A stretch of 64,000 bases of DNA, taken from assembly GCA_963933835.1 (NCBI GenBank), contig CAWVVV010000004.1, positions 1-64,000 of the forward strand. Direction: 5' to 3'. Shown here piece by piece: positions 50,444 through 60,591 of the stretch. The DNA comes from an uncultured Puniceicoccaceae bacterium. GTDB taxonomy: Bacteria; Verrucomicrobiota; Verrucomicrobiia; Opitutales; Oceanipulchritudinaceae. Every line of letters starts with the position of its first letter. Position 1 is the first letter of the stretch. A model generated the notes under the pieces. That model was not told the origin of the DNA, did no database searches, and saw only the letters and a program-made list of their open reading frames with translations. The position numbers and the translations under genes are program-made.

Positions 50444-51352
50444 ATGTCTTCAACTACTGCGACAACTTTGAATCCTTCGGGTGCTATCGCCGCGACGAGG
50501 CTCTCTGATTATTGGGAGCTTACGAAGCCGCGTCTCAGCCTGATGAATGTTGTGACGGCAGCGCTCGGTTATTTTGCGGCGGGCCCTGAAGTATCACTCT
50601 CAGTCTTCGGCGCCCTCCTTGGTGGCACTGCAATGGCGGCCTTTGGCGCCGGTGCTTTGAATATGTGGTGGGAGCGCGATGCGGATGCGAAAATGGAACG
50701 CACTGCGGGCCGCCCGATCCCTTCCGGCCGAGTCACGCCGGGCGCGGCCCTTGTTTTTGGACTGGCTTTGAGCTTCGGTGGGGTAGGATTGCTCGCCTTC
50801 GGCGTTAACCTCATTGCCTCAGTTCTGACTGCGACGACGGTTCTCCTCTACATTTTGGCCTACACCCCTTTGAAGCGGGTCACCCCTTGGGCGACGGAGC
50901 TCGGCTCGGTCCCTGGTGCCTTACCCCCGCTGATTGGTTGGGTTGCAGCAGGTGCGGGATTCAGCGGTCTAGGCTGGGTCTTGTTTGCCTTCCTCTTCGC
51001 GTGGCAGATCCCGCATTTCATGGCGATCTCATGGATGTCGAAAGACGACTATGCACGCGGCGGCTTTGCGACCTTGAGCACAATTGATAAGACCGGTCTT
51101 CGGGTCGCCCGAAAGTCTCTTATCTGGACGGTTCTGATGATTGGAATCAGTTTCATGCCGCTCTATTATGGTGGGTTCGGATACCTCTTCATAATCGCTA
51201 CGTCTTTACTTGCTCTGTATATGTTGAAATCTGCTTGGGAGTTTCTCGTCGGGCAAGATCGTCACGTTGCGGGGCGTCGTCTCTTTTTTGCGACGATCGC
51301 TTACCTTCCTGCCTACCTTATGGTCCTCGTTGTTGATCGTTTTGTAATTTGA
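50444..51352 (+). CDS. ctaB: Protoheme IX farnesyltransferase (heme O synthase)
   Basis: LTKPR, ERDADAKMERTAGRPIPSG, YTPLKR, PGALPPLIGW, WQIPHF, DDY. Confidence 0.96.
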   Translation: MSSTTATTLNPSGAIAATRLSDYWELTKPRLSLMNVVTAALGYFAAGPEVSLSVFGALLGGTAMAAFGAGALNMWWERDADAKMERTAGRPIPSGRVTPGAALVFGLALSFGGVGLLAFGVNLIASVLTATTVLLYILAYTPLKRVTPWATELGSVPGALPPLIGWVAAGAGFSGLGWVLFAFLFAWQIPHFMAISWMSKDDYARGGFATLSTIDKTGLRVARKSLIWTVLMIGISFMPLYYGGFGYLFIIATSLLALYMLKSAWEFLVGQDRHVAGRRLFFATIAYLPAYLMVLVVDRFVI

Positions 51353-51364
51353 TTTTTCTTTGTA

Positions 51365-52585
51365 ATGAATAAGTGGCTCCCCCGCATTTGGATAGGTATC
51401 CTTCTGGTCGTAATGATCGCGTCGATACCTGCCTGCCTATCGTCGAGTGCTGATGATGGCGGTTTCTTGAACCTGACGGCTAAGCAGTCGACCTTTGATC
51501 CCAAGGGTCCTCTGGCTGAACAGCAGATAGATACCTTCTACATTACTCTCTGGGTAACGTCTTTCCTCTTTCTTGCGGTGGGCGGAACGTACCTCGTCGC
51601 GATCATCAAGTTTCGCGTCAAGAAGGGGGATGACCCGAATGAAATCCCTGAGCAAGCCCATGGCCATCCGCTGATCGAAGTAGGCCTCGTGGTAGCGTCA
51701 TCTGCGCTCCTCATCATCATCGCAATTCCGACCTTTTCTGGTATTGTATTGATGCATGAAATACCAGAGCAGTACAGCGAAGAGGACATCGTCGACGTGA
51801 ACGTTATTGGCTACCAGTGGTGGTTTAACTTTGAGTATGTCGAAGACGGGTTTGTCTCAGCAAACGAACTGGTCATTCCAGCGGGCCGACCGGTGCGCTT
51901 AAATCTGATTACAAAAGACGTCATCCACAGTTTCTGGCTACCGAAGCTCTCGGGTAAGCTCGACCTCATGGCGGGGCAAATCAATCAGATGTGGATTCTC
52001 GCCGACGAGCCGGGCTACTTCTGGGGACAGTGCGCTGAGTATTGCGGTGATTCCCACGCCTACATGCTTTTCCGCGCTGTGGCGCTGGAGGAAGACGCCT
52101 ACAATGAGTGGGTCGCACAGCAACAAACAAAAACTGTAGTTGAGAAATCAACTACGCCGCTCTTCCTGTCAGAGGACGATGACGCCGGATTGGTTGCCCT
52201 GGGGGCAGAACTCTTTCAAGGCAACTGCTTGACTTGCCATAGTCTTGATCCAGCACAGCAGGGTGCGATGGGCGCACCGAATTTGGCCCACTTTGGATCA
52301 CGTTCTTCGATTGGCGCTGGTTGGCTCGAAAACACCTGGTCAGAGGATGGCTCTAACGCAGATCTACATCTGTGGATTAAAGACCCCGATTCTGTGAAGC
52401 CAGGTAACAACATGTGGCGAGGCTTCATGAAGGCAGGAAAACACGACCCTAATGACCCGAAGGACGTCATGATGTCCGGTCTGAATCAAGCTGATCTATC
52501 CGATTCGGATGTGGATGCCCTTGTCGCTTATCTTCGTAATTTAAAACACCCTGATGCCGTTCAATTCAGTGCGGACACTTTCTAA
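51365..52585 (+). CDS. ctaC: Cytochrome c oxidase subunit II with fused cytochrome c (caa3-type)
   Basis: GYQWWF, DVIHSFW, CAEYCGDSHAYM (CuA), CLTCH heme c, KPGNNM. Confidence 0.95.
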   Translation: MNKWLPRIWIGILLVVMIASIPACLSSSADDGGFLNLTAKQSTFDPKGPLAEQQIDTFYITLWVTSFLFLAVGGTYLVAIIKFRVKKGDDPNEIPEQAHGHPLIEVGLVVASSALLIIIAIPTFSGIVLMHEIPEQYSEEDIVDVNVIGYQWWFNFEYVEDGFVSANELVIPAGRPVRLNLITKDVIHSFWLPKLSGKLDLMAGQINQMWILADEPGYFWGQCAEYCGDSHAYMLFRAVALEEDAYNEWVAQQQTKTVVEKSTTPLFLSEDDDAGLVALGAELFQGNCLTCHSLDPAQQGAMGAPNLAHFGSRSSIGAGWLENTWSEDGSNADLHLWIKDPDSVKPGNNMWRGFMKAGKHDPNDPKDVMMSGLNQADLSDSDVDALVAYLRNLKHPDAVQFSADTF

Positions 52586-52591
52586 TTAGTC

Positions 52592-54544
52592 ATGGCCACT
52601 ACCGCTTCACCTGAACAAAATTCGCATGACGGACATGATGAGCCGACCTTTGACGGTGTCATCACCCGCCCCTATAAAAAGACCGGCCTAGTCGGATGGC
52701 TTACAACCGTCGACCACAAGAAGATCGGGGTAATGTATGGCATCGCGGCACTCTTCTTCTTGCTCGTAGGAGGCGTCGAAGCATTACTTATTCGTATCCA
52801 GTTGATGGGACCGGAGAGCGATTTTATCGACGCTCGGACCTACAACCAGCTCTTCACGATGCATGGCACGACGATGATTTTCCTCGCTGTCATGCCAATG
52901 AGTGCGGCCTTCTTTAACTTTATCATGCCGCTCCAGATCGGAGCGCGTGATGTCGCGTTTCCGAGGATGAATTCGCTCGGTCTTTGGACCTTTATTGCAG
53001 GCGGAATCCTACTGAACCTCAGTTGGTTCTTTTCTGAAGGTGCGCCGGCGATCGGGTGGTTTGGTTATGCGCCGATTACTTCGAATCAATACAGTCCGGA
53101 TTTGGGGACTGAATTTTGGATCATGTCGCTTCAGCTGCTCGGGATTGCATCGCTGGTCGGGTCATTGAACTTTATTACAACAATTATCAATATGCGGGCG
53201 CCTGGGCTTAGCATGATGCGTCTTCCGGTCTTTACCTGGATGACGTTGATCACGTCGTTCCTCCTCATTCTCGCTCTGCCGCCGATCGCGGTTGCATTGG
53301 CCGAGCTGATGTTTGATCGCCACTTTGGGACGCACTTTTTCAATGTTGCAGGGGGAGGGCGCCCGATTCTTTGGCAGCACCTTTTCTGGATCTTTGGTCA
53401 CCCTGAAGTGTATATCCTCATCCTTCCTGCGATGGGCATCATCTCCGAGGTGCTTCCGACCTTTGCGCGTAAACCTCTATTTGGTTACCCACTGATTATT
53501 TTCTCAGGGGCTGTCATTGGTTTCCTCGGATTTGCAGTGTGGAGTCACCACATGTTCACGACGGGCCTTGGGCTTGTCGCGACGACGGCCTTCTCCTTTT
53601 TGACGATGCTTATTTCAATTCCAACGGGGGTGAAAATCTTCAATTGGATTGGAACGATGTGGGGAGGTAAAATCCGCTTCACTGTTCCGATGCTCTTTGC
53701 GGTCGGCTTTGTCTGGATGTTTATGCTCGGTGGGTTCACCGGAATCATGCACAGCTCAGTCCCGGTCGATTCACAGCACCAAGACAGCTATTTCGTCATC
53801 GCACACTTCCACTACGTCCTCATCGGAGGTTCGATCTTTGCCCTCTTCTCTGGAATCTATTACTGGTTTCCGAAGATCACGGGAAAGATGATGAGCGAAA
53901 TGATCGGTCGTATTGTATTTTATACGATGTTCATGGGCTTCAACTTAGCCTTCTTCCCGATGCACATGTTGGGCATGACAGGGATGCCGCGCCGGACACA
54001 CACTTATAAATCTGAAATGGGCTGGGATGGAGCGAACTATTGGTCGACCATTGGAGCACTCATTCTCGGGCTTGGCGTCGCAATCTTTATTATCAATTTG
54101 ATCTACTCGGTCATCAAAGGCGAAAAGGCCTCGAAGGATCCTTGGGATGCTCGGACGCTCGAATGGAAAACGTCTAACCCGCCAAAGGAATACAACTTCG
54201 CATACACCCCTGTTGTTCACGCTCGTGACCAGGCTTGGGAAGATAAACATGGCCCTGAAGAAAAGCGCATGGTGAAGCTTGCTCCCGATCATCATGGGAT
54301 TCACATGCCGGATCAGTCATGGTGGCCCCTCGTTGTTTCGATTGGTCTCTTTGTCCTCGGTATCGGAGTTGTCATTCATGCTACGGACCAGTTTGCTTGG
54401 TGGCAGGTGATGCTCCCAGGAATCCTACTCACTATCTTTGGTATTATCGCTTGGTCGCTCGAAGGCCCAGGCGGCTATCATATCTTTCCTGACGCTGAAG
54501 ATCAGGCCGAACTCGATGAAGAGGCTAAATCTTCTTCCAAGTAA
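52592..54544 (+). CDS. ctaD: Cytochrome c oxidase subunit I (A1 type) with two extra C-terminal helices
   Basis: DHKKIG, TMHG, RDVAFPRMN, GHPEVY, WSHH, PTGVK, HFHY, MPRR. Confidence 0.97.
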   Translation: MATTASPEQNSHDGHDEPTFDGVITRPYKKTGLVGWLTTVDHKKIGVMYGIAALFFLLVGGVEALLIRIQLMGPESDFIDARTYNQLFTMHGTTMIFLAVMPMSAAFFNFIMPLQIGARDVAFPRMNSLGLWTFIAGGILLNLSWFFSEGAPAIGWFGYAPITSNQYSPDLGTEFWIMSLQLLGIASLVGSLNFITTIINMRAPGLSMMRLPVFTWMTLITSFLLILALPPIAVALAELMFDRHFGTHFFNVAGGGRPILWQHLFWIFGHPEVYILILPAMGIISEVLPTFARKPLFGYPLIIFSGAVIGFLGFAVWSHHMFTTGLGLVATTAFSFLTMLISIPTGVKIFNWIGTMWGGKIRFTVPMLFAVGFVWMFMLGGFTGIMHSSVPVDSQHQDSYFVIAHFHYVLIGGSIFALFSGIYYWFPKITGKMMSEMIGRIVFYTMFMGFNLAFFPMHMLGMTGMPRRTHTYKSEMGWDGANYWSTIGALILGLGVAIFIINLIYSVIKGEKASKDPWDARTLEWKTSNPPKEYNFAYTPVVHARDQAWEDKHGPEEKRMVKLAPDHHGIHMPDQSWWPLVVSIGLFVLGIGVVIHATDQFAWWQVMLPGILLTIFGIIAWSLEGPGGYHIFPDAEDQAELDEEAKSSSK

Positions 54545-54567
54545 TCAAATTTAAGGACGACGCATAG

Positions 54568-55365
54568 ATGGCAGATCACGCTGTAGACGGGCACGGAGCC
54601 CTCGAGGAGTTGACGAAGACTTCGACCGGAATCGAACACAAGAAGCTCGTTATGTGGGCTTTTCTCGGTTCCGACTGTATGTTCTTCGGTACACTCATTT
54701 CCACTCACTTGATTTATCGGAAGCTGTATCCCGATGTCGTTGATACGACGCGGTTGTTCGATATTGAGCTCACTGGATTAAGTTCATTCATCCTCTTGAT
54801 GAGTTCGTTCTTGATGGCGCTGACGGTTTCCGCGGCGCACAAGAATAACGTTAAGGCAATGCGGGGCTTCTTGGCTGGAACCATCCTCTTCGGATGTTTT
54901 TTCCTCAGTGGCCAAGTCTACGAGTTCTTTCACTTCGTCCATGGCAAGGGAACCTATGAGTTTCAGGCCATCAACGAGGCAGGAGAAGCCATTACCGGCC
55001 TTGTGGCGAATGATACGGCATTCCATAGTGGTGCGGATACCGCGCATGCTAAGCATGTCCTTGAGCATAAACACCACGGTTGGGAGATTGAATCCTTCAA
55101 GCAGGTAGATTTCGTCGAAGGGCTTACCCTTGGAAGCAGTGTATTTGGTTCGACCTTCTTCCTTATGACGGGAACACACGGGGTGCACGTTTTGCTCGGA
55201 GTGATCTGGTTGTTGGGCTGGTTTATCCGAAGTTTTTCGAAAAAATATACGGCGGTGAATGCCCTCGATATTGAAGTAGCCGGGCTTTATTGGCACTTTG
55301 TTGATATCGTCTGGATCATCATTTTTACGGCGGTCTATCTCGTCGAATACATTAAATTCTACTAG
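54568..55365 (+). CDS. ctaE: Cytochrome c oxidase subunit III (short form) with ~58-aa insertion
   Basis: MWAFLGSDCMFF, LLMSS, GQVYEF, TGTHGVHV, GLYWHFVDIVW. Confidence 0.93.
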   Translation: MADHAVDGHGALEELTKTSTGIEHKKLVMWAFLGSDCMFFGTLISTHLIYRKLYPDVVDTTRLFDIELTGLSSFILLMSSFLMALTVSAAHKNNVKAMRGFLAGTILFGCFFLSGQVYEFFHFVHGKGTYEFQAINEAGEAITGLVANDTAFHSGADTAHAKHVLEHKHHGWEIESFKQVDFVEGLTLGSSVFGSTFFLMTGTHGVHVLLGVIWLLGWFIRSFSKKYTAVNALDIEVAGLYWHFVDIVWIIIFTAVYLVEYIKFY

Positions 55366-55378
55366 GACGACAATCGAT

Positions 55379-55708
55379 ATGAGCGCGACTGACACGGCTA
55401 CTCACGATCAACATCTCATCGAGGAGACGGAGAAGTATTTCACTTTCTTCAATCTCTCGATCTTCCTCGTTATCATTACGGGGGTTGAGTTGGTCCTTAT
55501 CTACATTCCGATCAACAGTTACATCATCTACAGCTCATTGGTTGCCCTCTCGACGGTGAAGTTTCTTGCTGTGATTTGGTGGTTTATGCACCTGAAGTGG
55601 GATAAGCTGCTTTGTACGGTTCTATTTCTGATGGGGCTGATCTTGGCGGCGGGAACCATCACCGCTTTGCTCTTCTTGTTTGAGCCCATCAGCACTCCGC
55701 CCATTTGA
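55379..55708 (+). CDS. ctaF: Cytochrome c oxidase subunit IV family protein
   Basis: Three hydrophobic segments, ITGVE, VKF..WFMHLKWD. Confidence 0.85.
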   Translation: MSATDTATHDQHLIEETEKYFTFFNLSIFLVIITGVELVLIYIPINSYIIYSSLVALSTVKFLAVIWWFMHLKWDKLLCTVLFLMGLILAAGTITALLFLFEPISTPPI

Positions 55709-55783
55709 AGTGGCCTGCGTAGTTCATAGTGCTGAAGCGCGCTCGGAAACTGGCGTCATCTCTAAACCAAGGTAAGGTGGCAT

Positions 55784-56602
55784 ATGCTCTCGATCTGGCA
55801 TTGGCACACTGAACCCTTTCTAGTCGGCGGAATTTTAGCCGTGGTCTGGTTGTATGCGATGTTGGTTGGCCCATTGCGCAACAAGCTGGATCCTGAGGCA
55901 GAGATTCCGCGTGTTGAGATCGTATGGTTCACATTCGCCGTGATCACATTTTACGGTGCAGTTGGAAGTCCGATCGATGCCGCTGGAGAAAACTTTCTCT
56001 TCAGTGCGCACATGTTCCAGCACAACATCCTGATGTATCTCACGGCGGCATTCAGTGTCTTGGCTTTGCCCGGCTGGTTCGTCGATGGACTACTCGATCG
56101 GGCACGTTGGTCGATTCCGTTTTTTCGGGTGCTCTTTCATCCTGTCATTGCTGGCTTTTTGTTTACCTTTGTTTTCTACGGTTGGCATGCGCCTGCGCTC
56201 TACGAGTGGGCACTGCATAATAAAGTCGTCCACACCTTTGAGCACCTCTCGATGCTTGGGACGTCGATCATCATGTTTTGGCCGATGTTGAGCCGCTCAC
56301 GGACGCTGCCTCAGAGTAATCTTGGGTCACAGATTCTATATCTTTTTGTTCTTATGGTCGCTCAGATCCCTCTCTTTGGTCTGCTGACTTTTGCGGAACA
56401 CCCGTTGTATCCGACGTATGAATACGCGCCGCGATTGATCGAAGGCTTTGATCCTTTGTCGGATCAGGTTTTTGGCGGTCTTTTGATGAAAGTCGCCAAC
56501 ATGATTCTCTCTTTGATTCTGATGGGATATGCGTTCTTTAGGTGGAACGCCCAGTCCTTGAGGACGGAGCGCCCTAGTCGTGTCGAAACCCACCGCCGAT
56601 AG
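55784..56602 (+). CDS. ctaG: Caa3-type oxidase assembly protein CtaG
   Basis: GSPID, LFSAHMFQH, WHAPALY, HTFEH, DQVFGGLLM. Confidence 0.92.
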   Translation: MLSIWHWHTEPFLVGGILAVVWLYAMLVGPLRNKLDPEAEIPRVEIVWFTFAVITFYGAVGSPIDAAGENFLFSAHMFQHNILMYLTAAFSVLALPGWFVDGLLDRARWSIPFFRVLFHPVIAGFLFTFVFYGWHAPALYEWALHNKVVHTFEHLSMLGTSIIMFWPMLSRSRTLPQSNLGSQILYLFVLMVAQIPLFGLLTFAEHPLYPTYEYAPRLIEGFDPLSDQVFGGLLMKVANMILSLILMGYAFFRWNAQSLRTERPSRVETHRR

Positions 56603-56622
56603 GCATAGAACAGCTACAGGAA

Positions 56623-57351
56623 ATGGCTCGGCTCTCGATTATTATTCCAGCTTTCAATGAAGAGGCTGAGCTGCCAGTGACGCTGCAGCATCTCAATGAC
56701 GTCCGCGCGAATTTGCCTCTGAAAAGTGAAATCATCGTTGTAGACAACAACTCGTCTGATGAGACCGCTAAGGTTGCTCTGGCCCATGGGGCACAGGTGG
56801 TTTTTGAAAGCGTGAATCAAATCTCGAAGGCACGGAACGCAGGCGCGCGATCAGCCAGCGGCGACTGTTTCATTTTTGTTGATGCTGATAGCCGACCACC
56901 TCTCGAGACTGTTCAAGAAGCTGTATCTGAGCTTGGAGCAGGCGCTATAGGCGGCGGATCCGTTTTGGCATTCGAGGGCGAAGTCGGCTGGCTAGCTAGA
57001 TGGATGACTTGGTCATGGAATCGTCTTGCGTGCAGTGTGGGCCTGGCCGCCGGATGCTTTGTATGGGTGAGAGCAGATGCCTTTAATCAAGTAGGGGGCT
57101 TTTGCGAAAAGCGCTACGCGGGTGAGGAATTGATTTTGTCGCGTGAGTTAAAACGGCTAGGGCGCCAGTCTGAGCAAGTCTTCAAAATCTTGAGTCGTTA
57201 CCCTGTTTTGACATCGGCTCGAAAACTTGCTTGGTATGGAGCATTCACGACAGCGGCACTACATCTTCTGCTCGCTGTATTCCCTTTTCTCCTACGAAGC
57301 CAAGCTATCTGCCGGTTTTGGTATCGCCGGCCGTCTGAGGGCCGCGACTAA
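56623..57351 (+). CDS. GT2 glycosyltransferase
   Basis: SIIIPAFNEE, VVDNNSSD, ARNAGA, FVDADS, TSARK. Confidence 0.9.
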   Translation: MARLSIIIPAFNEEAELPVTLQHLNDVRANLPLKSEIIVVDNNSSDETAKVALAHGAQVVFESVNQISKARNAGARSASGDCFIFVDADSRPPLETVQEAVSELGAGAIGGGSVLAFEGEVGWLARWMTWSWNRLACSVGLAAGCFVWVRADAFNQVGGFCEKRYAGEELILSRELKRLGRQSEQVFKILSRYPVLTSARKLAWYGAFTTAALHLLLAVFPFLLRSQAICRFWYRRPSEGRD

Positions 57352-58724
57352 TGACGAGCGTTATCGATGCGCTCAGCGAGGGTGAGCGCATTTTCAATGC
57401 AATCATTGAGGCCTGGCCCACCTCGAAAGTTTCCTTGGAAATGAATCCCAGTAAATTTCTCTTCAATTTGATGAAGACCGCTATCGAAGTCGCCGTAGTC
57501 CAGATGATATTGAGGGATCGCTTTGGGCCATGCGGTGAAGTGATGGAATGTAGGGTCACCCGTAATGCCGAGCAGTTCTTTGAGGGACTCTAGGACCTTC
57601 TGAACCGTCTCATATTCGTCCCAGCCTGCCGCCTCGGGCTGAGTCATGCCGCCAAGAAAACACATCAGTGAGACATGCCCATCAGGTGCACGATGAGGGA
57701 AGAGGGAGGAGCTGAAGATCGTTCCAAGGATAGGTTGATTCTCACTCTTTGGTATGAGCATACCAAAGCCATCTAGAGGGTGGGCTACTTCTTCGCGCTT
57801 GAATCCAAGCACGAGTGTATTGACGGCTGGAAAGCTCAGTTTTGGGAGCGCAAGGAGTCGCCCTGCCAGGGGCACGGGGAGGTCCCAGCTTGCCCACCGA
57901 TGCGGAGGCGCGGTGAAAATGATGTGATCGAAGTCCTGACTTTGTGGTTTGCCCGCTTGTAACCAAGCCGCTGTCCATTGGTCATGGGCGCTTCGGCGGA
58001 GCCCTTGAAATTCGGCCTTCAAGTAAGTCTGGTTCGAGAGCGGCTTGATGAGTCGTTCGACGAGCTCTTCGAGGCCGTCTTGAAAGGAAACGAGCTCAGA
58101 CTTGTAGTGTGGCTGAGCGGAGTGCCTCCGTGCTTTTCTGAGCTTGAGTGCTCCGCGGACGAGTGAGCCAGACTCATTTTCCAGCCCCCAAACGCGGGGG
58201 AAGGCATAGCGGATCGAGAGCTTCTCAGGATCTCCCGCGTAAATACCTGATGTCATTGGCGCGATCGCATACTCGAGGAACTCGGGGCCTAGCCTGCGGC
58301 GAACAAAACTCGCGACGGATTCATCGGGGTCTTCGCAGGCTGTGATCCACGGCTCTTTGAGAATGCGTAGCTTTGCTCCAAAGCTGAAAAGAGGGGTCTG
58401 AATGGCACCCAGAATTGACTGCGGAACCGCGACGGGCTTTCCGCCTCGTACGATGAAGCGCTTCGACGCTTCGGTGTTTGCTGGGGTGAGTCGTTCATCG
58501 AGCCCTAGTCGGCTGATAAAGGTTCGAACCGCCTCGCTGCGAATTAGCATTGAGTTAGGGCCATCCTCACACAGATAGCCATCGATGCGTTGGCTTTGAA
58601 TGACTCCGCCAACGCGGTTCGAAGACTCGATCAAGGTGACGTTCCAGCCACGCTCATGCAGGCGGTGAGCTGCTGTAATTCCGCTGATGCCCGATCCGAC
58701 GACGAGAGCTGATGGTGGGGCCAT
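57348..58724 (-). CDS. hemY: Protoporphyrinogen/coproporphyrinogen oxidase, HemY family
   Basis: VVGSGISG, RVGG, EDGPNS, SGIYAGD, GFGMLIP, AIPQY. Confidence 0.92.
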   Translation of the reverse strand: MAPPSALVVGSGISGITAAHRLHERGWNVTLIESSNRVGGVIQSQRIDGYLCEDGPNSMLIRSEAVRTFISRLGLDERLTPANTEASKRFIVRGGKPVAVPQSILGAIQTPLFSFGAKLRILKEPWITACEDPDESVASFVRRRLGPEFLEYAIAPMTSGIYAGDPEKLSIRYAFPRVWGLENESGSLVRGALKLRKARRHSAQPHYKSELVSFQDGLEELVERLIKPLSNQTYLKAEFQGLRRSAHDQWTAAWLQAGKPQSQDFDHIIFTAPPHRWASWDLPVPLAGRLLALPKLSFPAVNTLVLGFKREEVAHPLDGFGMLIPKSENQPILGTIFSSSLFPHRAPDGHVSLMCFLGGMTQPEAAGWDEYETVQKVLESLKELLGITGDPTFHHFTAWPKAIPQYHLDYGDFDSGLHQIEEKFTGIHFQGNFRGGPGLNDCIENALTLAERIDNARH

Positions 58725-58747
58725 GTTCTAAGCTTTTGGACGATCGC

Positions 58748-59677
58748 TCACTTGCTCTGAACGACGGCTTCTTCGGTTAGATCCTTTTCGATGGTGAATG
58801 GCTGCCCAGTCAGGCACGCGATAAACTTCTTCATCGCTGGCGTGAGGACAAGGCCTTTGCGATGAATCAGGGCCAATGGCCGAGAAAACTCGAGGCCTTC
58901 GAATGGAATCGTTCGGAGCAGACCTTGCTTCACCTCTTGTTGAACGGTGGCAGAGGGGACAAAGGCGAGCCCGGCGTTGATCTCGACGGCTCGTTTCACC
59001 GTCTCGATGTTGTCGAATTCCATCACGGGCTCGACGTCGATTTTGAAGTCGCGAAAGATTTGGTCGGTTGCTTTTCGCGTCGGAATATCGCGATCGAAAC
59101 CAATGAGTTTTTCGTCTTGGAGCTGCTCGATTTTGACTGATTTTTGCTTTGCGAGCGGATGCTGCGGGCTCGCGACGAGGACGAGCTTATCCTCTTGAAA
59201 GGGAATGATCTCAAGTTGGCGCATTTTCGTCGGATAGGCCACGAGCCCGAGATCAACTGCGTTCTGTAAGATGTCTTCGTAAACCAAGTTCGAGCTTCGA
59301 TATTCGACGCGGAAATTAACGGAGGGAAATTCCTTCAAGAATGTCGTAATGTAGGGAGGGAGTTCGTGAAGGCCGATGCTGTAGATCGTGGAGAGATGGA
59401 TCGTTCCACTGATGACCTTCCGCATTTCCTGAAGCTCTCTGACGAGCTTTTCATAGCGGTGCAAAATATCCTTCGCGCTGTCGTAAAGCTTTTGGCCTTC
59501 CTGTGTAAGGCGGAACTGTTTTTGGCTCCGGTCCACGATCAGGACGTTAAAATACCGCTCCATTGATCTTAATTGTTGGCTTACGGCGGATTGCGTGACT
59601 CCGTTCAGCTTTGCGGCACGCGAAAAACTTTGGGATTCAACGAGGTCGGAAAATATTTTGAAATTCTCGATATGCAT
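58748..59677 (-). CDS. LysR-family transcriptional regulator
   Basis: SFSRAAKLNGVTQSAVSQQ HTH; PBP2 domain with ETVKRAVE. Confidence 0.95.
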   Translation of the reverse strand: MHIENFKIFSDLVESQSFSRAAKLNGVTQSAVSQQLRSMERYFNVLIVDRSQKQFRLTQEGQKLYDSAKDILHRYEKLVRELQEMRKVISGTIHLSTIYSIGLHELPPYITTFLKEFPSVNFRVEYRSSNLVYEDILQNAVDLGLVAYPTKMRQLEIIPFQEDKLVLVASPQHPLAKQKSVKIEQLQDEKLIGFDRDIPTRKATDQIFRDFKIDVEPVMEFDNIETVKRAVEINAGLAFVPSATVQQEVKQGLLRTIPFEGLEFSRPLALIHRKGLVLTPAMKKFIACLTGQPFTIEKDLTEEAVVQSK

Positions 59678-59689
59678 AAGCGATTGTAA

Positions 59690-59704
59690 TTAAGCTCTTT
59701 TTAA
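59690..59704. promoter_or_regulatory. Candidate LTTR box (T-N11-A)
   Basis: Interrupted palindrome TTAAG-CTCTT-TTTAA in the divergent lysR/yggS intergenic region; AT-rich, so may be chance. Confidence 0.3.
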
Positions 59705-59759
59705 GCAGTGAATATTAATTCTGCTAATCTTGAGAAACACTGAAGACTCACGGCAACCA

Positions 59760-60449
59760 ATGGTCAAAGAAATTAGGCAAAACATGGAGATTGTCTTAGA
59801 AAGCATTAGTGATGCTTGTTCTAAGGCAGGTCGCTCACCTGATGAAGTGACCCTAATGGCAGTGAGTAAAAACCACCCTGCGGCGATTGTTGCAGAAGCG
59901 CTGGAGGTTGGTTTGTGCAATTTCGGGGAGAATCGCGTGCAGGAGGCGGTTGAAAAGAAGCAGGCCGTGGTTGGTTCCGCGTTTTGGGAGCTGATTGGGA
60001 ACTTGCAGACGAACAAGGCCCGCTTAGCTGCTGAGCATTTCGATCGAATTCAGTCGGTCGATCGGCTGAAACTAATCAATGCGCTAGATCGGCATTGCGG
60101 CGAGCTAGGGCGAGCAAGGTTACCGATCCTTCTACAAGTTAATGCGGGCCGGGATCCTGCTAAGTTTGGTTGTGAGATCGATGATGCAGAGGCACTTACG
60201 GAGTTGGTCCTGTCAAAGAACCATCTGCAACTCGATGGCTTGATGACGATCGCTCCACTCTCTGGAGATCCTAGCATCGCCCGCAAAACCTTCGCTGAAC
60301 TGCGTAAAATCCGTGATAATCTCTCCTCGAAACTGGGCGTCCGTTTAGACGTTCTTTCGATGGGAATGTCTGGGGATTTTGAAAGCGCGATCGCAGAGGG
60401 AAGCACCCTTGTTCGAGTAGGAACCGCCCTGTTCGGTGGTCGTAAATAG
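59760..60449 (+). CDS. yggS: PLP homeostasis protein YggS/PROSC
   Basis: LMAVSK, FGENRVQE, IGNLQTNK, GLMTI, SMGMSGD, VRVGTALFG. Confidence 0.96.
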   Translation: MVKEIRQNMEIVLESISDACSKAGRSPDEVTLMAVSKNHPAAIVAEALEVGLCNFGENRVQEAVEKKQAVVGSAFWELIGNLQTNKARLAAEHFDRIQSVDRLKLINALDRHCGELGRARLPILLQVNAGRDPAKFGCEIDDAEALTELVLSKNHLQLDGLMTIAPLSGDPSIARKTFAELRKIRDNLSSKLGVRLDVLSMGMSGDFESAIAEGSTLVRVGTALFGGRK

Positions 60450-60591
60450 CTTCTGGTTTCCGCAAATCTCTAAGCGAGATCTTCGGAAGTCACTGCCTTT
60501 GCGGTGTTAAATTTGCCCGAATAGAAGCGGAAGTGGTTACTTACGTTTAGATGGTGCTCAAGAGAGCGACTCTGGGACCGTTGTATTTTTA

